DNA of 64,000 nucleotides from Alphaproteobacteria bacterium (GTDB taxonomy: Bacteria; Pseudomonadota; Alphaproteobacteria; Bin95). This document shows, one piece after another, positions 48,581-59,073 of this stretch (the stretch's first letter is position 1; each line of letters opens with the position of its first letter). Below the pieces are notes generated by a model. The model saw only the letters and a program-made list of their open reading frames with translations. It made no database searches and was not told the origin of the DNA. A program made the position numbers and the translations under genes. The stretch lies in assembly GCA_964291285.2 (NCBI GenBank), contig OZ219787.1, positions 992,001 through 1,056,000 on the forward strand. Reading direction: 5' to 3'.

Positions 48581-49888
48581 ATGATGCCTTCCCGCCCGGG
48601 CCGGGTTCGGGCTGCCCTCTTCGTTGACTTCGACAATGTATTCCTCAGCCTGGAAGCCGTCGATGCGCGCGCTGCCAAGCGGTTCGCCGAGCAGCCGGGC
48701 CGCTGGATGCACTGGCTGGAGCGCGGATACCATACCACCGGCGGCGGCCGGGAAGGCCGCACGCGCCGCGCGCTTCTCATGCGCAACTGCTATCTCAATC
48801 CCGCCACCTTTTCCCGGTTCCGCGGTTTCTTCACCCGGAGCGCGTTTTCCGTCATCGACTGCCCGCCGCTTACCGGAGGCGGCAAGAGCGGCACCGATAT
48901 CTACATGGCGATCGACATCATCGACGCCCTCGACCATGCCACGTCCTTCGACGAGTTCATCATCCTGTCGGCCGATGCCGACTTCACGCCGGTCCTGCTG
49001 CGCCTGCGCGCCCACGACCGGCGCACGGCGATCCTCGCCAATGCCGTGGTCGCGCCGGCGCTGACGGCCGCCTGCAGCTACACCATCGAGCAGTCGGTGT
49101 TCATCGAGAGCGCGCTCGGGGACGCATCGGCGGGCGGTCCGGCCGTGCCGGGCCCGGCGGATGCCGCGCGCCCGTTCTCTCCCCGTCCCTTCACGCCCCG
49201 GCCGTCCCTGACGGGCGACTATTCGGTGCTCCCGGAGGTTGCCGCCGTTCTGCATGAGTCGATCGAGCAGGACGGGCCGATCCCCGCCGCCGAGCTGCCG
49301 CACTTCTTCTTCCGCTTCGCCAATTTCCGCAACAGCGACTGGTTCGGTTTCCGGTCCCTGCGCCGCCTCGCCGAGGCGCTGACGACGGTCGATCCGATGC
49401 TGGAATGCGGCGAGCCCGGCGAAGAATGGCAGATGGCGCTGCGCGAGGCGCCGCTGGAGGCCGCTCCGGCCGAGACGTTCGAGTTCGAGTCATCGGCCGA
49501 GACCGGGGAGGGCAGCGAAGGGCTGCCGGCCCTGATCGAGACGATCCACCACCTGGTCGGGATTCCGGCACTGGATCCCGACGGGTTCGACCTTCTGTTC
49601 GAGCATATGGCGAAGCTGTTCGACGAGGGCGTGACCGACCGGTCCGCCATGACGCGCCTGCTTCAGGAGCGGGCCGGCGAGGAAGGCATGTCGCTTCCGC
49701 GCGAAGCGGCGGAGTTCGTCACCACCGGGCTCTGGCAATCGGGCTTCGACGTCGCTTCGGACGCCTCCGACCCGGACGTGGTGGCGAAGGCGTTCCGGGA
49801 CTATATCGTCGTCAGGTGCGAACAGGCGCAGCGCCCGCTGAGCACGGAAGAGCTTGCGCTGGTCGATGAGTGGCTGGTGGGAGCCTAG
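48581..49888 (+). CDS. NYN-domain (LabA/PIN-like) protein with a C-terminal extension
   Basis: ALFVDFDNV, GKSGTDIYMAIDIID, ILSADADFTP. Confidence 0.85.
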   Translation: MMPSRPGRVRAALFVDFDNVFLSLEAVDARAAKRFAEQPGRWMHWLERGYHTTGGGREGRTRRALLMRNCYLNPATFSRFRGFFTRSAFSVIDCPPLTGGGKSGTDIYMAIDIIDALDHATSFDEFIILSADADFTPVLLRLRAHDRRTAILANAVVAPALTAACSYTIEQSVFIESALGDASAGGPAVPGPADAARPFSPRPFTPRPSLTGDYSVLPEVAAVLHESIEQDGPIPAAELPHFFFRFANFRNSDWFGFRSLRRLAEALTTVDPMLECGEPGEEWQMALREAPLEAAPAETFEFESSAETGEGSEGLPALIETIHHLVGIPALDPDGFDLLFEHMAKLFDEGVTDRSAMTRLLQERAGEEGMSLPREAAEFVTTGLWQSGFDVASDASDPDVVAKAFRDYIVVRCEQAQRPLSTEELALVDEWLVGA

Positions 49889-49908
49889 CCCGCATTCCTG
49901 TGCTATGC

Positions 49909-49917
49909 TGCACCGCA
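49909..49917. promoter_or_regulatory. Putative PhaR autoregulatory site
   Basis: TGCACCGCA (TGC-N3-GCA) overlapping a TATGCT -10-like region upstream of phaR. Confidence 0.5.
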
Positions 49918-49944
49918 ACCCGGACCCGATGAGGCGGCGGCATC

Positions 49945-50523
49945 ATGGCTGCGACCGAGGAAGAGGCCCCGATCCGCATCCGGAAATATGCGAACCGGCG
50001 CCTCTACAACACTGCGACCAGCAGCTACGTCACCCTTGCGGACCTGGCCCAGCTGGTCCGTGACGGGGTCGAGTTCACGGTCGAGGACGCCAAGAGCGGC
50101 GAGGACCTGACGCGGGCGACGCTTACCCAGATCATCGTCGATGAGGAGCAGAGCGGCGCAAACCTGCTGCCGGTCTCGCTGTTGCGCCAGATCATCTCCA
50201 TGTACCGCGACAATGCCGGCTGGATGCTGCCGGCCTATCTCGAGCAGTCGATGGAGTGGTTCACCGCCAATCATGACGCCATGCGCCGCGAGGTCGAGCG
50301 CGCATACGGAGCAGGCACGGCATTCGGCTCCCTGGACGATCTGGGCAAGCGCAACCTTGCGCTGTTCGAGCAGGCCATGCGGCTCTGGAACCCCTTCGGG
50401 GCGGCGGCGCCGGAACCGAAGGAAGCGCCGCCCGATGCAAGCGGCGAACTGCAGGCCATGCGCAGCGAGATCGCCCGGATGCAGGAGCGGCTGGACGCGC
50501 TGGCAGGGAAGGGCGACGACTGA
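49945..50523 (+). CDS. phaR: PHA synthesis repressor
   Basis: IRKYANRRLYNTATSSYVTL, DAKSGEDLTR, LLRQII. Confidence 0.95.
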   Translation: MAATEEEAPIRIRKYANRRLYNTATSSYVTLADLAQLVRDGVEFTVEDAKSGEDLTRATLTQIIVDEEQSGANLLPVSLLRQIISMYRDNAGWMLPAYLEQSMEWFTANHDAMRREVERAYGAGTAFGSLDDLGKRNLALFEQAMRLWNPFGAAAPEPKEAPPDASGELQAMRSEIARMQERLDALAGKGDD

Positions 50524-50541
50524 CGGGGCCGGCCTCCAGGG

Positions 50542-51690
50542 CTACGGGCCGCCGTAGAGCCAGGCCATTCCTTCGCGCAGGTCCGTCGTCGAGAGAACGT
50601 GGTTGCGCAGTTCGCGGCGCACGCCGTCCGCGTGGTAGATCTCGCCCATCATCCGCGCCGTCAGCTGCACCCGCGCGGTGCGGAGGTAGCGGGCCTGCGA
50701 ATAGGAGCGGAAGGCCCGCTCGACATCGTCCTCGGCAGCGAGCGCATCGGCCAGCGCCACCGCATCCTCGACCGCCATGCAGGCGCCCTGGGCCAGATAT
50801 TGCAGCATCGGGTGCGCCGCATCGCCCAAGAGGCAGACCCGCCCGCGCGACCACTCGGACACCGGCTCCCGGTCGCAGAGCACCCACATCCGCCAGGTCT
50901 CGATCTTTTCGAGCAGCGCCATCGGCCGGGCGGAGACGCCGGCGAAGCGCTCCATCAGCTCGCCCGGATCGCCTTCGCTGTCCCAGCCTTCGACATAGCG
51001 GTCGGAGTGGAACACGGCCACCAGGTTGAACAGCGTCGAGCGCCTGAGCGGGTAATGGACCAGATGGTTGCGGGGGCCCGCCCAGAGCGCCGCCGCATTC
51101 CAGCGCAGCGCCTCCGGCACCTCCTCCATCGGCAGCACGGCCCGGTAGGCGATATGGCCGGAGACCTTGGGCGGGCCGTCGCCGACGACATGTTCGCGCA
51201 CCTTCGACCAGAGGCCGTCCGCGCCGACCAGGAACGCCCCTTCCCGCCTGCCGCCGTCCGCCAGGCGGGCGCGGGCACGCCCGCCCGAATCCTCCACCGA
51301 GACGACCTCGGCGTCGGTCTCGAATGTGACCGACCCGGACGCTTCGCAGGCTTCCAGCAGGGTGCGGTGGAAATCCGCGCGGTGCGTCACGGCATAGGGC
51401 GCGCCGAAGCGCTGCCGGAACGCCGCGCCGAGGTCGCCGGTCAGGACGGTCTCGCCGGTCAGCGCGTCCATCATCACCAGCCGGTCCACGAACACGGCAT
51501 CCCGCGAGATGGCCTCGCCGATGCCCAGCCGCTCGAACATGCGGAAGACGTTGGGCCCGAGCTGGATGCCGGCGCCGATCTCCCCGAAGACGGGCGCCTG
51601 TTCCAGCACATGGCTGGCAATGCCGCGGCGCGCGAGCGCCAGCGCCGCCGCAAGCCCGCCGAGGCCGCCGCCGACGATCAGCGCGCTCAC
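50542..51690 (-). CDS. FAD-dependent monooxygenase (3-hydroxybenzoate 6-hydroxylase-like)
   Basis: GGGLGG, EIGAGIQLGPN, GADG, GDAAHPMLQYLAQGACMA. Confidence 0.88.
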   Translation of the reverse strand: MSALIVGGGLGGLAAALALARRGIASHVLEQAPVFGEIGAGIQLGPNVFRMFERLGIGEAISRDAVFVDRLVMMDALTGETVLTGDLGAAFRQRFGAPYAVTHRADFHRTLLEACEASGSVTFETDAEVVSVEDSGGRARARLADGGRREGAFLVGADGLWSKVREHVVGDGPPKVSGHIAYRAVLPMEEVPEALRWNAAALWAGPRNHLVHYPLRRSTLFNLVAVFHSDRYVEGWDSEGDPGELMERFAGVSARPMALLEKIETWRMWVLCDREPVSEWSRGRVCLLGDAAHPMLQYLAQGACMAVEDAVALADALAAEDDVERAFRSYSQARYLRTARVQLTARMMGEIYHADGVRRELRNHVLSTTDLREGMAWLYGGP

Positions 51691-52514
51691 AGCCGGCCCG
51701 CCCAGCGGTCGAGCAGCGGCAGGACCTCGTCGGCCCCCGCGCTCGGCAGGTTGAAGACCACCCTCTCGACCCCGGCTTCGCGCCAGGCGTCGAGCCGGCC
51801 GGGATCGTCCTCCGCGCCAAAGACGGTAATCGGCACGGAGCGCCCGGCCTCCGCTTCCATGGCGCGGAACTCCGCCAGCTTGTCCAGAAGGTGGTAGGTC
51901 GGCCTCTCGGCATGCGGCACCCAGCCGTCGCCCCAGGCGAGCGCCCGGCGCGCACCGTGCGGGAACTCGCCGCCGACCAGCACGGGCGGCCCTCCCGGCT
52001 GCGCAGGCTTCGGGCGCGAGCGCATCGGCCCGAACGACAGGCGGCGGCCCGACCAGGACGCCTCCTCCTCGCTCCAGACGGCGCGGATGGCGGCGATGCG
52101 CTCGCGCAGGACCCCGAACCGGTCTTCGAACGCCGTGCCGTGGTTCGCCATCTCCTCGCGGTTCCAGCCGCCGCCGACGCCGAACAGGAAACGGCCCTCC
52201 GACAGGGCGTCGAGGCTCGCGGTCTCTTTCGCGAGCTGTATCGGGTCGCGCTGCGCGGCGAGGCAGATGCCGGTCGCGACCTTCAGGCGCTCCGTGGCGG
52301 CCACGGCCATGGACAGCACGACGAACGGGTCCGCGACATCGGCATATTTCTCCGGCAACGGCCCGCCCTGCGGCCAGGGCGAGGCGCGCTCGACCGGAAT
52401 GTGGGAATGCTCCGGGGCCCAGAACGACTCGAAACCGCGTTCCTCGAGCGCCCGCGCCAGCGCCTGAGGCCGCATGGAATAGCCGGTAACGAACATCGCT
52501 GCGCCGAACAGCAT
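51687..52514 (-). CDS. LLM-class (putatively F420-dependent) oxidoreductase
   Basis: ALEERGFESFWAPEHSHIP, QRDPIQLAKETASLDALSEGR, GWNREEM. Confidence 0.88.
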   Translation of the reverse strand: MLFGAAMFVTGYSMRPQALARALEERGFESFWAPEHSHIPVERASPWPQGGPLPEKYADVADPFVVLSMAVAATERLKVATGICLAAQRDPIQLAKETASLDALSEGRFLFGVGGGWNREEMANHGTAFEDRFGVLRERIAAIRAVWSEEEASWSGRRLSFGPMRSRPKPAQPGGPPVLVGGEFPHGARRALAWGDGWVPHAERPTYHLLDKLAEFRAMEAEAGRSVPITVFGAEDDPGRLDAWREAGVERVVFNLPSAGADEVLPLLDRWAGRL

Positions 52515-52537
52515 GGGGGCCTCCTCCCCTCGTTCCG

Positions 52538-53530
52538 CTAGGGAATCAGTTGTTTGTCCAGCATGGCGTGGACGCCCTGCTGCTGGTTCACCAGTTGCGT
52601 GATCCGCAGGTCGCAGGCCAGGCTGCACAGCATGTAGGCGTCCTCGCGGGACAGGTTCGAGCGCAGGCAGATGAAGTCGATCATCCGGCTGAGCGCCGTC
52701 CGGGCGGCCCGGTCGAGCGAGGCGTCGAAGGCGAACTGGATCCACCGGTCCGCCGTCTCCGCCATCGGCGCTTCCAGCGCCATGTCCTTGCGCAGCGTGA
52801 GGCGGAACCGCCCGTTGAGCGCGGTTTCCACGGCCGTCAAGCACACTTCGCCGTCGCCCTGCACGGCATGGCCGTCGCCGCAGGAAAAGAGGGCGCCGTC
52901 GGCGAACACGGGCAGGTAGAGCACCGAGCCGGCGGTCAGCTCCTTGCAGTCGATATTGCCGCCGAAGGCGCGCGGCTGGACCGTGCTCACCATGCCCCAA
53001 TGCGCCGGCGGGGCCGTACCCATGACGCCGAAGAAGGGCCGGCAGGCGAGCATCCCGCCCCAGGGCATCCGGGCTTCGCCGGCGTCCCGGTCGAGCGGGA
53101 TCGTGACCATCCGCCCTTCCGGGAACTGGTCCGGCAGCGCGCCGCCGAGCGGCCGGATCGCGTTCCAGCCCCAGTCCGCGCCGAGACGCGCCTCCAGAAT
53201 CTCGACCTGGAGCACATCGCCCGGAACGGCGCCCGCGACGGCGACCGGCCCGGTCAGGATATGGCCGGAGCCGAGCGGGCGCGGCGTCTCGGCGTGGATG
53301 CGGGGCAAGGCTTCGGGCACCTCGAAACCCGGCCCCGGGAGAGCGTCCGGCGCGCCGGAGACGGTCTCGATCTCGACCTCCGCGCCGCTCTCGACGGTAA
53401 GCGCGGGCTTGAGCCGGGCGTCGAAGAAACCCCAGTGGACGGTGTCGGTCGCGGCTTGCAGTCGGTCGGGCATGGGCAGCGGTCCAGGTTCGGTTCGGGC
53501 CGCCGATACTGCACCGGGCGGCGTCGTCAT
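52538..53530 (-). CDS. Acetamidase/formamidase family protein
   Basis: HILTGPVAV.GA.PGD, GGNIDCKEL, GDGHAVQGDGEV. Confidence 0.9.
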   Translation of the reverse strand: MTTPPGAVSAARTEPGPLPMPDRLQAATDTVHWGFFDARLKPALTVESGAEVEIETVSGAPDALPGPGFEVPEALPRIHAETPRPLGSGHILTGPVAVAGAVPGDVLQVEILEARLGADWGWNAIRPLGGALPDQFPEGRMVTIPLDRDAGEARMPWGGMLACRPFFGVMGTAPPAHWGMVSTVQPRAFGGNIDCKELTAGSVLYLPVFADGALFSCGDGHAVQGDGEVCLTAVETALNGRFRLTLRKDMALEAPMAETADRWIQFAFDASLDRAARTALSRMIDFICLRSNLSREDAYMLCSLACDLRITQLVNQQQGVHAMLDKQLIP

Positions 53531-53553
53531 TTCCAGTTCCGCGCGCAGCTGCT

Positions 53554-55683
53554 TTAGCCGAATACCGGCATTCCCAGCACGCCGCGCACCTGGTCCACCT
53601 GTTCCAGCGCCCAGCGGAATTGGCGCTGCCTCGGGGCGGACATCTCCTTCGGCGCGACCGAATTGCCGTGGGGAATGCCGCGCCCGATATCCCGGAGCTG
53701 CTGGGCGAGTATCTCGTCGAGCAGGATGCGGTGCGCCTCGACGAGGTTGCCGACCGCCTCCCGGCTGTCCTCGGCCACCGCGCCTGCTGCCTCCAGCCGC
53801 GCCGGCGTCGAGCGGTCCCTTATGCCGTGCTGGATGGCGAGGATCCGCGCCGCCGAAAAGATCGGCATGATCCCGTGGCGCTTGGCGTCCAGGCGGCCCT
53901 TCTTCAGCCTGAGCCGCCCGAACAGGCCGAGCGGCGAGGTGAAATCGACGGCATTGGCCCGAAGCGCGATCTGGAAGGCGCGCGCATTCGCCGCCATGCC
54001 CAGCGCCTCGCCGTGCAGTTGTTCACCGAGCGCCGCATCGCCGTAAACCGGGACGCTGTCGAAGAAAATGTCGCAATTGAGGACATCCTCCGGCAGCGAG
54101 CGCCCGATCCATCCGCCTACTGTCCGGCGCCAGCGGTCGAGGTCCATGCGCCACTCGGCGTTGCGGGCCATGACCCCGCCCTTGCAATAGGCGACGCCCG
54201 CCTCGTCCAGAATATCCGCGAGCCGGCGTCCCAGTTCCTCGAACCACCGGTCCTCCGGCCCGCCGGCGGCGCCCGAGGCGTAAACGACGGCATTGTCCTG
54301 GTCCATGGCGAGCAGGCTTTCGCCGCGTCCGCCCGAGCCCAGGACCAGCAGGGCGAACGGCGCGGGCGGCGGCCCGAAGCCTTCCGCCGCCATGTCCCGC
54401 TCGGCCAGTTCCGCGGCGCGCCGCGTGAGCGCGCGGAGCTCGCGCGAGACCACCGAGGCGACGATGCGCGCATCCACCTCGTCGGCCGCGAGGCCGCCCA
54501 CGACCCTCGTCAGGTTCGCCCAGACCTTGCCGAGTTCGGCCGGCGCCTCCGCGTGGTCGATCTCCCGGGCGAGGAACACCGCATCGCCCGCCCGCTGTTT
54601 CAGCAGGTCGCGGGCGCTGACGGCGCCGACAAGGCTCCCGTCTTCCGACACGACGCCCAGATGGCGGAACCCGCCGACGGTCATGAGCGTGTTCGCGCGG
54701 TAGAGGAACTCCGAGGCCGGGATCGTCACCAGGGGCCTGGCGGCGAAACGGTCCACGGTTTCATCCAGCGCCCCGGCCCCCAGCGTGTCGATGGCGCGGG
54801 CGATATCCCGCTCGGTCAGGATGCCGAAGCCGGCCTCCCCGCCGGAGGCGACGAACACCGAGCTGATTTTCCGCTCCGTGAGTTCGCGCAGGGCGCCGCG
54901 AAGGCGCATCGCCGGCTCCACGACCGCGGGCGGGGCGGACATGATGTCCTCCACGCGGTGCCGGAACGGGAAGCTGTCCACGCGGGCGAAGGCTCCCGGA
55001 TCGGCGCTTCGCACCCGGTCCGCCGCAATGACGGGCTGCCAGCCCGCCTTCGCTTCCTCGTCCTGTTGCGGGGTGAGCGCAAGGCAGGCCCGCTCCGCCT
55101 GGGCAAGCGTCGCAATGCCCCTCTCGGCCAGCCGCGGCACCAGGGCGGCATAGACCGCCGCCGCGGCCCTCGCATCGCCGAGCGCGCTGTGCCGGCCTTC
55201 GATGCCGATGCCGAGCCGGCCGGCTATGGCGTCGAGCGAAGGGTCTTTCGATCCGGGCGCGAGCAGGGCGGCGAGCTGGCGCACGCAGAGCGACCGGCAG
55301 GGCCGCCAGGGAATTCCGTGCCGGTTATGCTCGGCCTTCAGGATCGCGAGGTCGAAGCCGACCGCATAGCCGATCACCACGCGCCGGCCGATCCAGTCCG
55401 CAAACGCCGGCAGGACGGCGTCCGCCCTTTCCGCCGCCTGCACGTCCTCGTCCGAGATGCCGTGGACCGCCGTGGAGGAGGGCGGAACGGGCATGTCCGG
55501 GTTGACCAGGCGGTCGAAGATGTCATCGGCAAGGACGGCGCGGCCGTTCAGCGCCACGGCGCCCACCTGCAGGACCCGGTCCCTGCCGGTGTCGAGGCCG
55601 GTGGTCTCGGTGTCGAGCGCAACCGCCTCCAGCGACGCCAGCGGCACGGCGCCCAACCCCGCATCTTCCGTCCGGGCGATCAT
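53554..55683 (-). CDS. DEDDh exonuclease + CBS pair + DUF294 nucleotidyltransferase fusion
   Basis: ALDTETTGLD...HSALGDA; CBS (GILTERD, FRHLGV); LGSGGRGESLLAMDQDNA, YCKGGVMA. Confidence 0.85.
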   Translation of the reverse strand: MIARTEDAGLGAVPLASLEAVALDTETTGLDTGRDRVLQVGAVALNGRAVLADDIFDRLVNPDMPVPPSSTAVHGISDEDVQAAERADAVLPAFADWIGRRVVIGYAVGFDLAILKAEHNRHGIPWRPCRSLCVRQLAALLAPGSKDPSLDAIAGRLGIGIEGRHSALGDARAAAAVYAALVPRLAERGIATLAQAERACLALTPQQDEEAKAGWQPVIAADRVRSADPGAFARVDSFPFRHRVEDIMSAPPAVVEPAMRLRGALRELTERKISSVFVASGGEAGFGILTERDIARAIDTLGAGALDETVDRFAARPLVTIPASEFLYRANTLMTVGGFRHLGVVSEDGSLVGAVSARDLLKQRAGDAVFLAREIDHAEAPAELGKVWANLTRVVGGLAADEVDARIVASVVSRELRALTRRAAELAERDMAAEGFGPPPAPFALLVLGSGGRGESLLAMDQDNAVVYASGAAGGPEDRWFEELGRRLADILDEAGVAYCKGGVMARNAEWRMDLDRWRRTVGGWIGRSLPEDVLNCDIFFDSVPVYGDAALGEQLHGEALGMAANARAFQIALRANAVDFTSPLGLFGRLRLKKGRLDAKRHGIMPIFSAARILAIQHGIRDRSTPARLEAAGAVAEDSREAVGNLVEAHRILLDEILAQQLRDIGRGIPHGNSVAPKEMSAPRQRQFRWALEQVDQVRGVLGMPVFG

Positions 55684-55860
55684 GGCCGAACCCAGCCGCT
55701 CCTGTTCAGGGCATGCGAAACGAAAGAAGGCCTCGCGGGACCCGCTCCCGGCCAAGCTATCGCGCCCGCCGCAGGCCGCCAAGAGAGCGGGGCTTCGCGA
55801 TGGAGGCGGGGCGGTCCGGCCGCCGCGCGCCGACAGGTCGAAGGGGCCCGGTCGCGCGAT

Positions 55861-56355
55861 GTGTCATGGAATGTCATGAGATGTCATGTTCTGCATACGC
55901 AAGGTTTATATGCTGTAGCCGTTTCCGGCATGAAGTCATCCACTCTTCGGTCTCCTTCTGTGTCTTGCGTTCACCGTCGCCCCGGCCCCGGAGCCGGGGC
56001 CCATCCCTGACCGTTGCAGCCCGGTGGAGAGGGCGGAGGATGGACCCCGGCTCTCCGCTCCGCTCCGGCCGGGGTGACGGTTGCGCTTTGCGGTCATCGT
56101 TCCTCCTTGCTCCGACCGGGAGCGGGTCCCTTTTCCGCGCGTATCCTGCGCGGGCGCCCGCGCCTGCCCGGGCGCGTGTCGGCGCCGGCGCGGTTCGCGC
56201 GCCTGATTGCGCGCGCGAGGCAGAGGACGCACGTCTCCCGTCGGCTTCTCACGTGTTTTCAGAAACCGGCGCCGCTCGGCCGCGCGGCACCCGGGGACGC
56301 GGCTCCGGAGTCCGCTTCCCTGGGGACCATCATACCACAATCCGCCAGATGTCAA
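55861..56355 (-). repeat. Dispersed non-coding element, copy 2
   Basis: TGTCATG three times (55862, 55872, 55882); 41-bp core at 56174-56214 identical to 23377-23417; minus-strand TTGACA-N15-TATGAT at 56355-56329. Confidence 0.75.
55973..56081. repeat. REP-like palindrome (family CGTCGCCCCGGCC) nested in the dispersed element
   Basis: ACCGTCGCCCCGGCC...GGCCGGGGTGACGGT inverted ends; similar to 19486-19565. Confidence 0.75.
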
Positions 56356-56558
56356 GATCAAAATAAGAACAAAAAGCAGAATTATTAGATTTGTTTCATG
56401 TTTCGGCAAGGATGGGGACGGCGCGGGCCGGACCGGGACTACGCAGTGCGAAGCGACCGGACCCCGATGCGTTTCCGGGCGCGACATTGCCGCTGCGTGA
56501 CGGCGGGGCGGGCGAGTGCTATCCGGGGCGGCGAAGCGTGAAGCCGGAGGGCTGCCCC

Positions 56559-58127
56559 GTGACTGCCCGCGACCGCATAGCTGTTCGCCGCGCCCTGATT
56601 TCCGTGTCCGACAAGACGGGGCTGGAGGCGTTCGGGCGCTTTCTTGCGGAGCGCGGCGTCGAAATCCTCTCCACCGGCGGCACGGCCCGGCAGCTGGGCG
56701 CGGCCGGCGTCCCCGTCGTGGAGGTTTCGGAGCGGACAGGCTTTCCGGAAATGCTGGACGGGCGCGTCAAGACCCTGCATCCGGCGCTGCATGGCGGACT
56801 GCTGGGGCTGCGCGACGACCCGGGCCATGTCGAGGCCATGGACGCGCACGGCATCCGGCCCATCGACCTGCTGGTCGTCAATCTCTACCCGTTCGCGGAG
56901 ACGGTGGCGGCCGGCGCGGACGAGGACACCTGCATCGAGAATATCGACATAGGCGGCCCGGCGCTGATCCGGGCGGCCGCCAAGAACCACCGCTTCGTCG
57001 CGGTCGCCACCGCCCCGGAGCATCTGGACGGCATCCGCGCCGAGATGGAGACGGACGGCGCGACGCCGCTGTCGCTGCGCCGCCGGCTCGCCGCCGAGGC
57101 TTACGGCCATACCGCAGCCTACGACGCAGCCGTGTCCCACTGGTTCGCCGGGCGGACGGGCGAGGCCTTCCCGCCGCGCATCTCGCTGTCGGGGGTGCGC
57201 CGCCAGACCTTGCGCTACGGCGAGAACCCGCACCAGTCCGCCGCGTTCTACACCGACGGCAGCGCCCGGCCGGGCGTCGCGACCGCCGAGCAGGTGCAGG
57301 GCAAGGAGCTCAGCTACAACAATTTGAACGATGTGGACGCGGCCTTCGAGCTCGCGGGCGAGTTCGAGCGCCCGGCGGTCGTCATCGTCAAGCACGCCAA
57401 TCCCTGCGGCGTGGCCGTTTCGGAAAATCCGGCGGACGCCTGGGAGAAGGCGCTCGCCTGCGATCCCGTCAGCGCCTTCGGCGGCATCGTCGCCGTCAAC
57501 CGCCCGCTGGACGGGGCGCTGGCGGAGCGGCTGGTCGGCCTCTTTCTCGAAGCCGTGATTGCGCCCGGAGCGGACGAAGAGGCCCGTGCGCGGCTCTCCG
57601 CCCGGACCAATCTCCGCCTGCTGCTGACCGGGACGGTGCCGGACCCGCTTGCGCCGGCCATGACCTTCCGCTCTCTCGCCGGCGGGTTCCTGCTCCAGGG
57701 CCGGGACAACGGCCGCGCGGATGCCTTCCGGACCGTCACGAAGCGCGCGCCGAGCGAGGCCGAGATGGCGGACCTGGAGGTGGCGTTCACCGTCTGCAAG
57801 CATGTTAAATCCAACGCCATCGTCTATGTGAAGGATGGGGCGACGGTGGGCGTGGGCGCCGGGCAGATGAGCCGGGTGGACAGCGCCCGGATCGCCGCGC
57901 GCAAGGCTGCGGATACGGCGGATGGCGGCACTCCGGCGACCGTCGGCTCGGTGGTGGCGTCGGACGCCTTCTTCCCCTTCGCCGACGGGCTGCTGGCCGC
58001 TGCGGAGGCGGGCGCCACCGCCGTCGTGCAGCCGGGCGGCTCGGTGCGCGACGAGGAGGTGGTCCGGGCGGCCGACGAGCACGGCCTCGCCATGGTATTC
58101 ACCGGCATGCGCCATTTCCGCCACTGA
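56559..58127 (+). CDS. purH: AICAR transformylase/IMP cyclohydrolase
   Basis: [49 protein letters not shown]. Confidence 0.97.
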   Translation: MTARDRIAVRRALISVSDKTGLEAFGRFLAERGVEILSTGGTARQLGAAGVPVVEVSERTGFPEMLDGRVKTLHPALHGGLLGLRDDPGHVEAMDAHGIRPIDLLVVNLYPFAETVAAGADEDTCIENIDIGGPALIRAAAKNHRFVAVATAPEHLDGIRAEMETDGATPLSLRRRLAAEAYGHTAAYDAAVSHWFAGRTGEAFPPRISLSGVRRQTLRYGENPHQSAAFYTDGSARPGVATAEQVQGKELSYNNLNDVDAAFELAGEFERPAVVIVKHANPCGVAVSENPADAWEKALACDPVSAFGGIVAVNRPLDGALAERLVGLFLEAVIAPGADEEARARLSARTNLRLLLTGTVPDPLAPAMTFRSLAGGFLLQGRDNGRADAFRTVTKRAPSEAEMADLEVAFTVCKHVKSNAIVYVKDGATVGVGAGQMSRVDSARIAARKAADTADGGTPATVGSVVASDAFFPFADGLLAAAEAGATAVVQPGGSVRDEEVVRAADEHGLAMVFTGMRHFRH

Positions 58128-58143
58128 CGGGACCCCTTGCCCC

Positions 58144-59073
58144 ATGCAAACCGGAAGGGCCCTGCCCCGGTCGGTCGCCGAGACCGGCGAACTCCTCGAA
58201 GCCGGCGACTATGTGTCCGACACGGCGCTGGCGACGGCGGTGTTCCTGTCGCTGAAGCTCGGCAGGCCGCTGTTCCTCGAAGGCGAGGCGGGCACCGGCA
58301 AGACGGAGATCGCCAAGGTGCTGGCGGCGGTGCTCGGCCGCCGGCTCATCCGCCTGCAATGCTATGAGGGCCTGGATGTGGCGTCCGCCGTCTATGAGTG
58401 GAACTACGCCCGGCAGATGATCGAGATCAGGCTGGCGGAGGCCGCGGGCGGGGCCGACCGCGAGCGCCTCGGGCGGGACCTGTTCGGGCCGGACTTCCTG
58501 ATCGAGCGGCCGCTGCTGCAAGCCTTGCGCGGCGGCGGGGACGGGCCCCCCGTGCTGCTGATCGACGAGCTCGACCGCACGGACGAGCCCTTCGAGGCCT
58601 ATCTGCTGGAAGTGCTCTCCGACTTCCAGGTGACGGTGCCGGAGATCGGACCGATCCGCGCGGCGGTTCCCCCGGCCGTCGTCATCACCTCCAACCGCAC
58701 GCGCGAAATCCACGACGCGCTCAAGCGGCGCTGCTTCTACCACTGGGTCGGCTATCCCGACGCGCGCCGCGAACTGGACATCCTCGCCCGCAAGGCGCCG
58801 GCGGCCCCCGAGGCGCTGTCCCGCCAGGTCGTCGGCTATGTGCAGAAAGTGCGCGAACTCGACCTGTTCAAGCTGCCGGGCATCGCCGAGACCATCGACT
58901 GGGTGCATGCGCTGATGCAGCTCGACGCCGTCGCGCTCGACCCGGCGATGGTGAACGACACGCTCGGCGTGCTGCTGAAGTACCAGGACGACATCGCGCG
59001 CCTGCAGGGCAGCGAGGCCGAGCGCATACTGAACGAGGTGCGCGCCGAGCTGGCGGCCGCGGGGGCGGCATGA
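58144..59073 (+). CDS. MoxR-family AAA+ ATPase (CoxD-like)
   Basis: [35 protein letters not shown]. Confidence 0.9.
   Translation: MQTGRALPRSVAETGELLEAGDYVSDTALATAVFLSLKLGRPLFLEGEAGTGKTEIAKVLAAVLGRRLIRLQCYEGLDVASAVYEWNYARQMIEIRLAEAAGGADRERLGRDLFGPDFLIERPLLQALRGGGDGPPVLLIDELDRTDEPFEAYLLEVLSDFQVTVPEIGPIRAAVPPAVVITSNRTREIHDALKRRCFYHWVGYPDARRELDILARKAPAAPEALSRQVVGYVQKVRELDLFKLPGIAETIDWVHALMQLDAVALDPAMVNDTLGVLLKYQDDIARLQGSEAERILNEVRAELAAAGAA

Noticed and set aside
56400-56558. Possible ZMP/ZTP riboswitch upstream of purH
   Set aside because: Could not find the consensus elements; the region looks like a plain promoter (TTGCCG...TGCTATCC).
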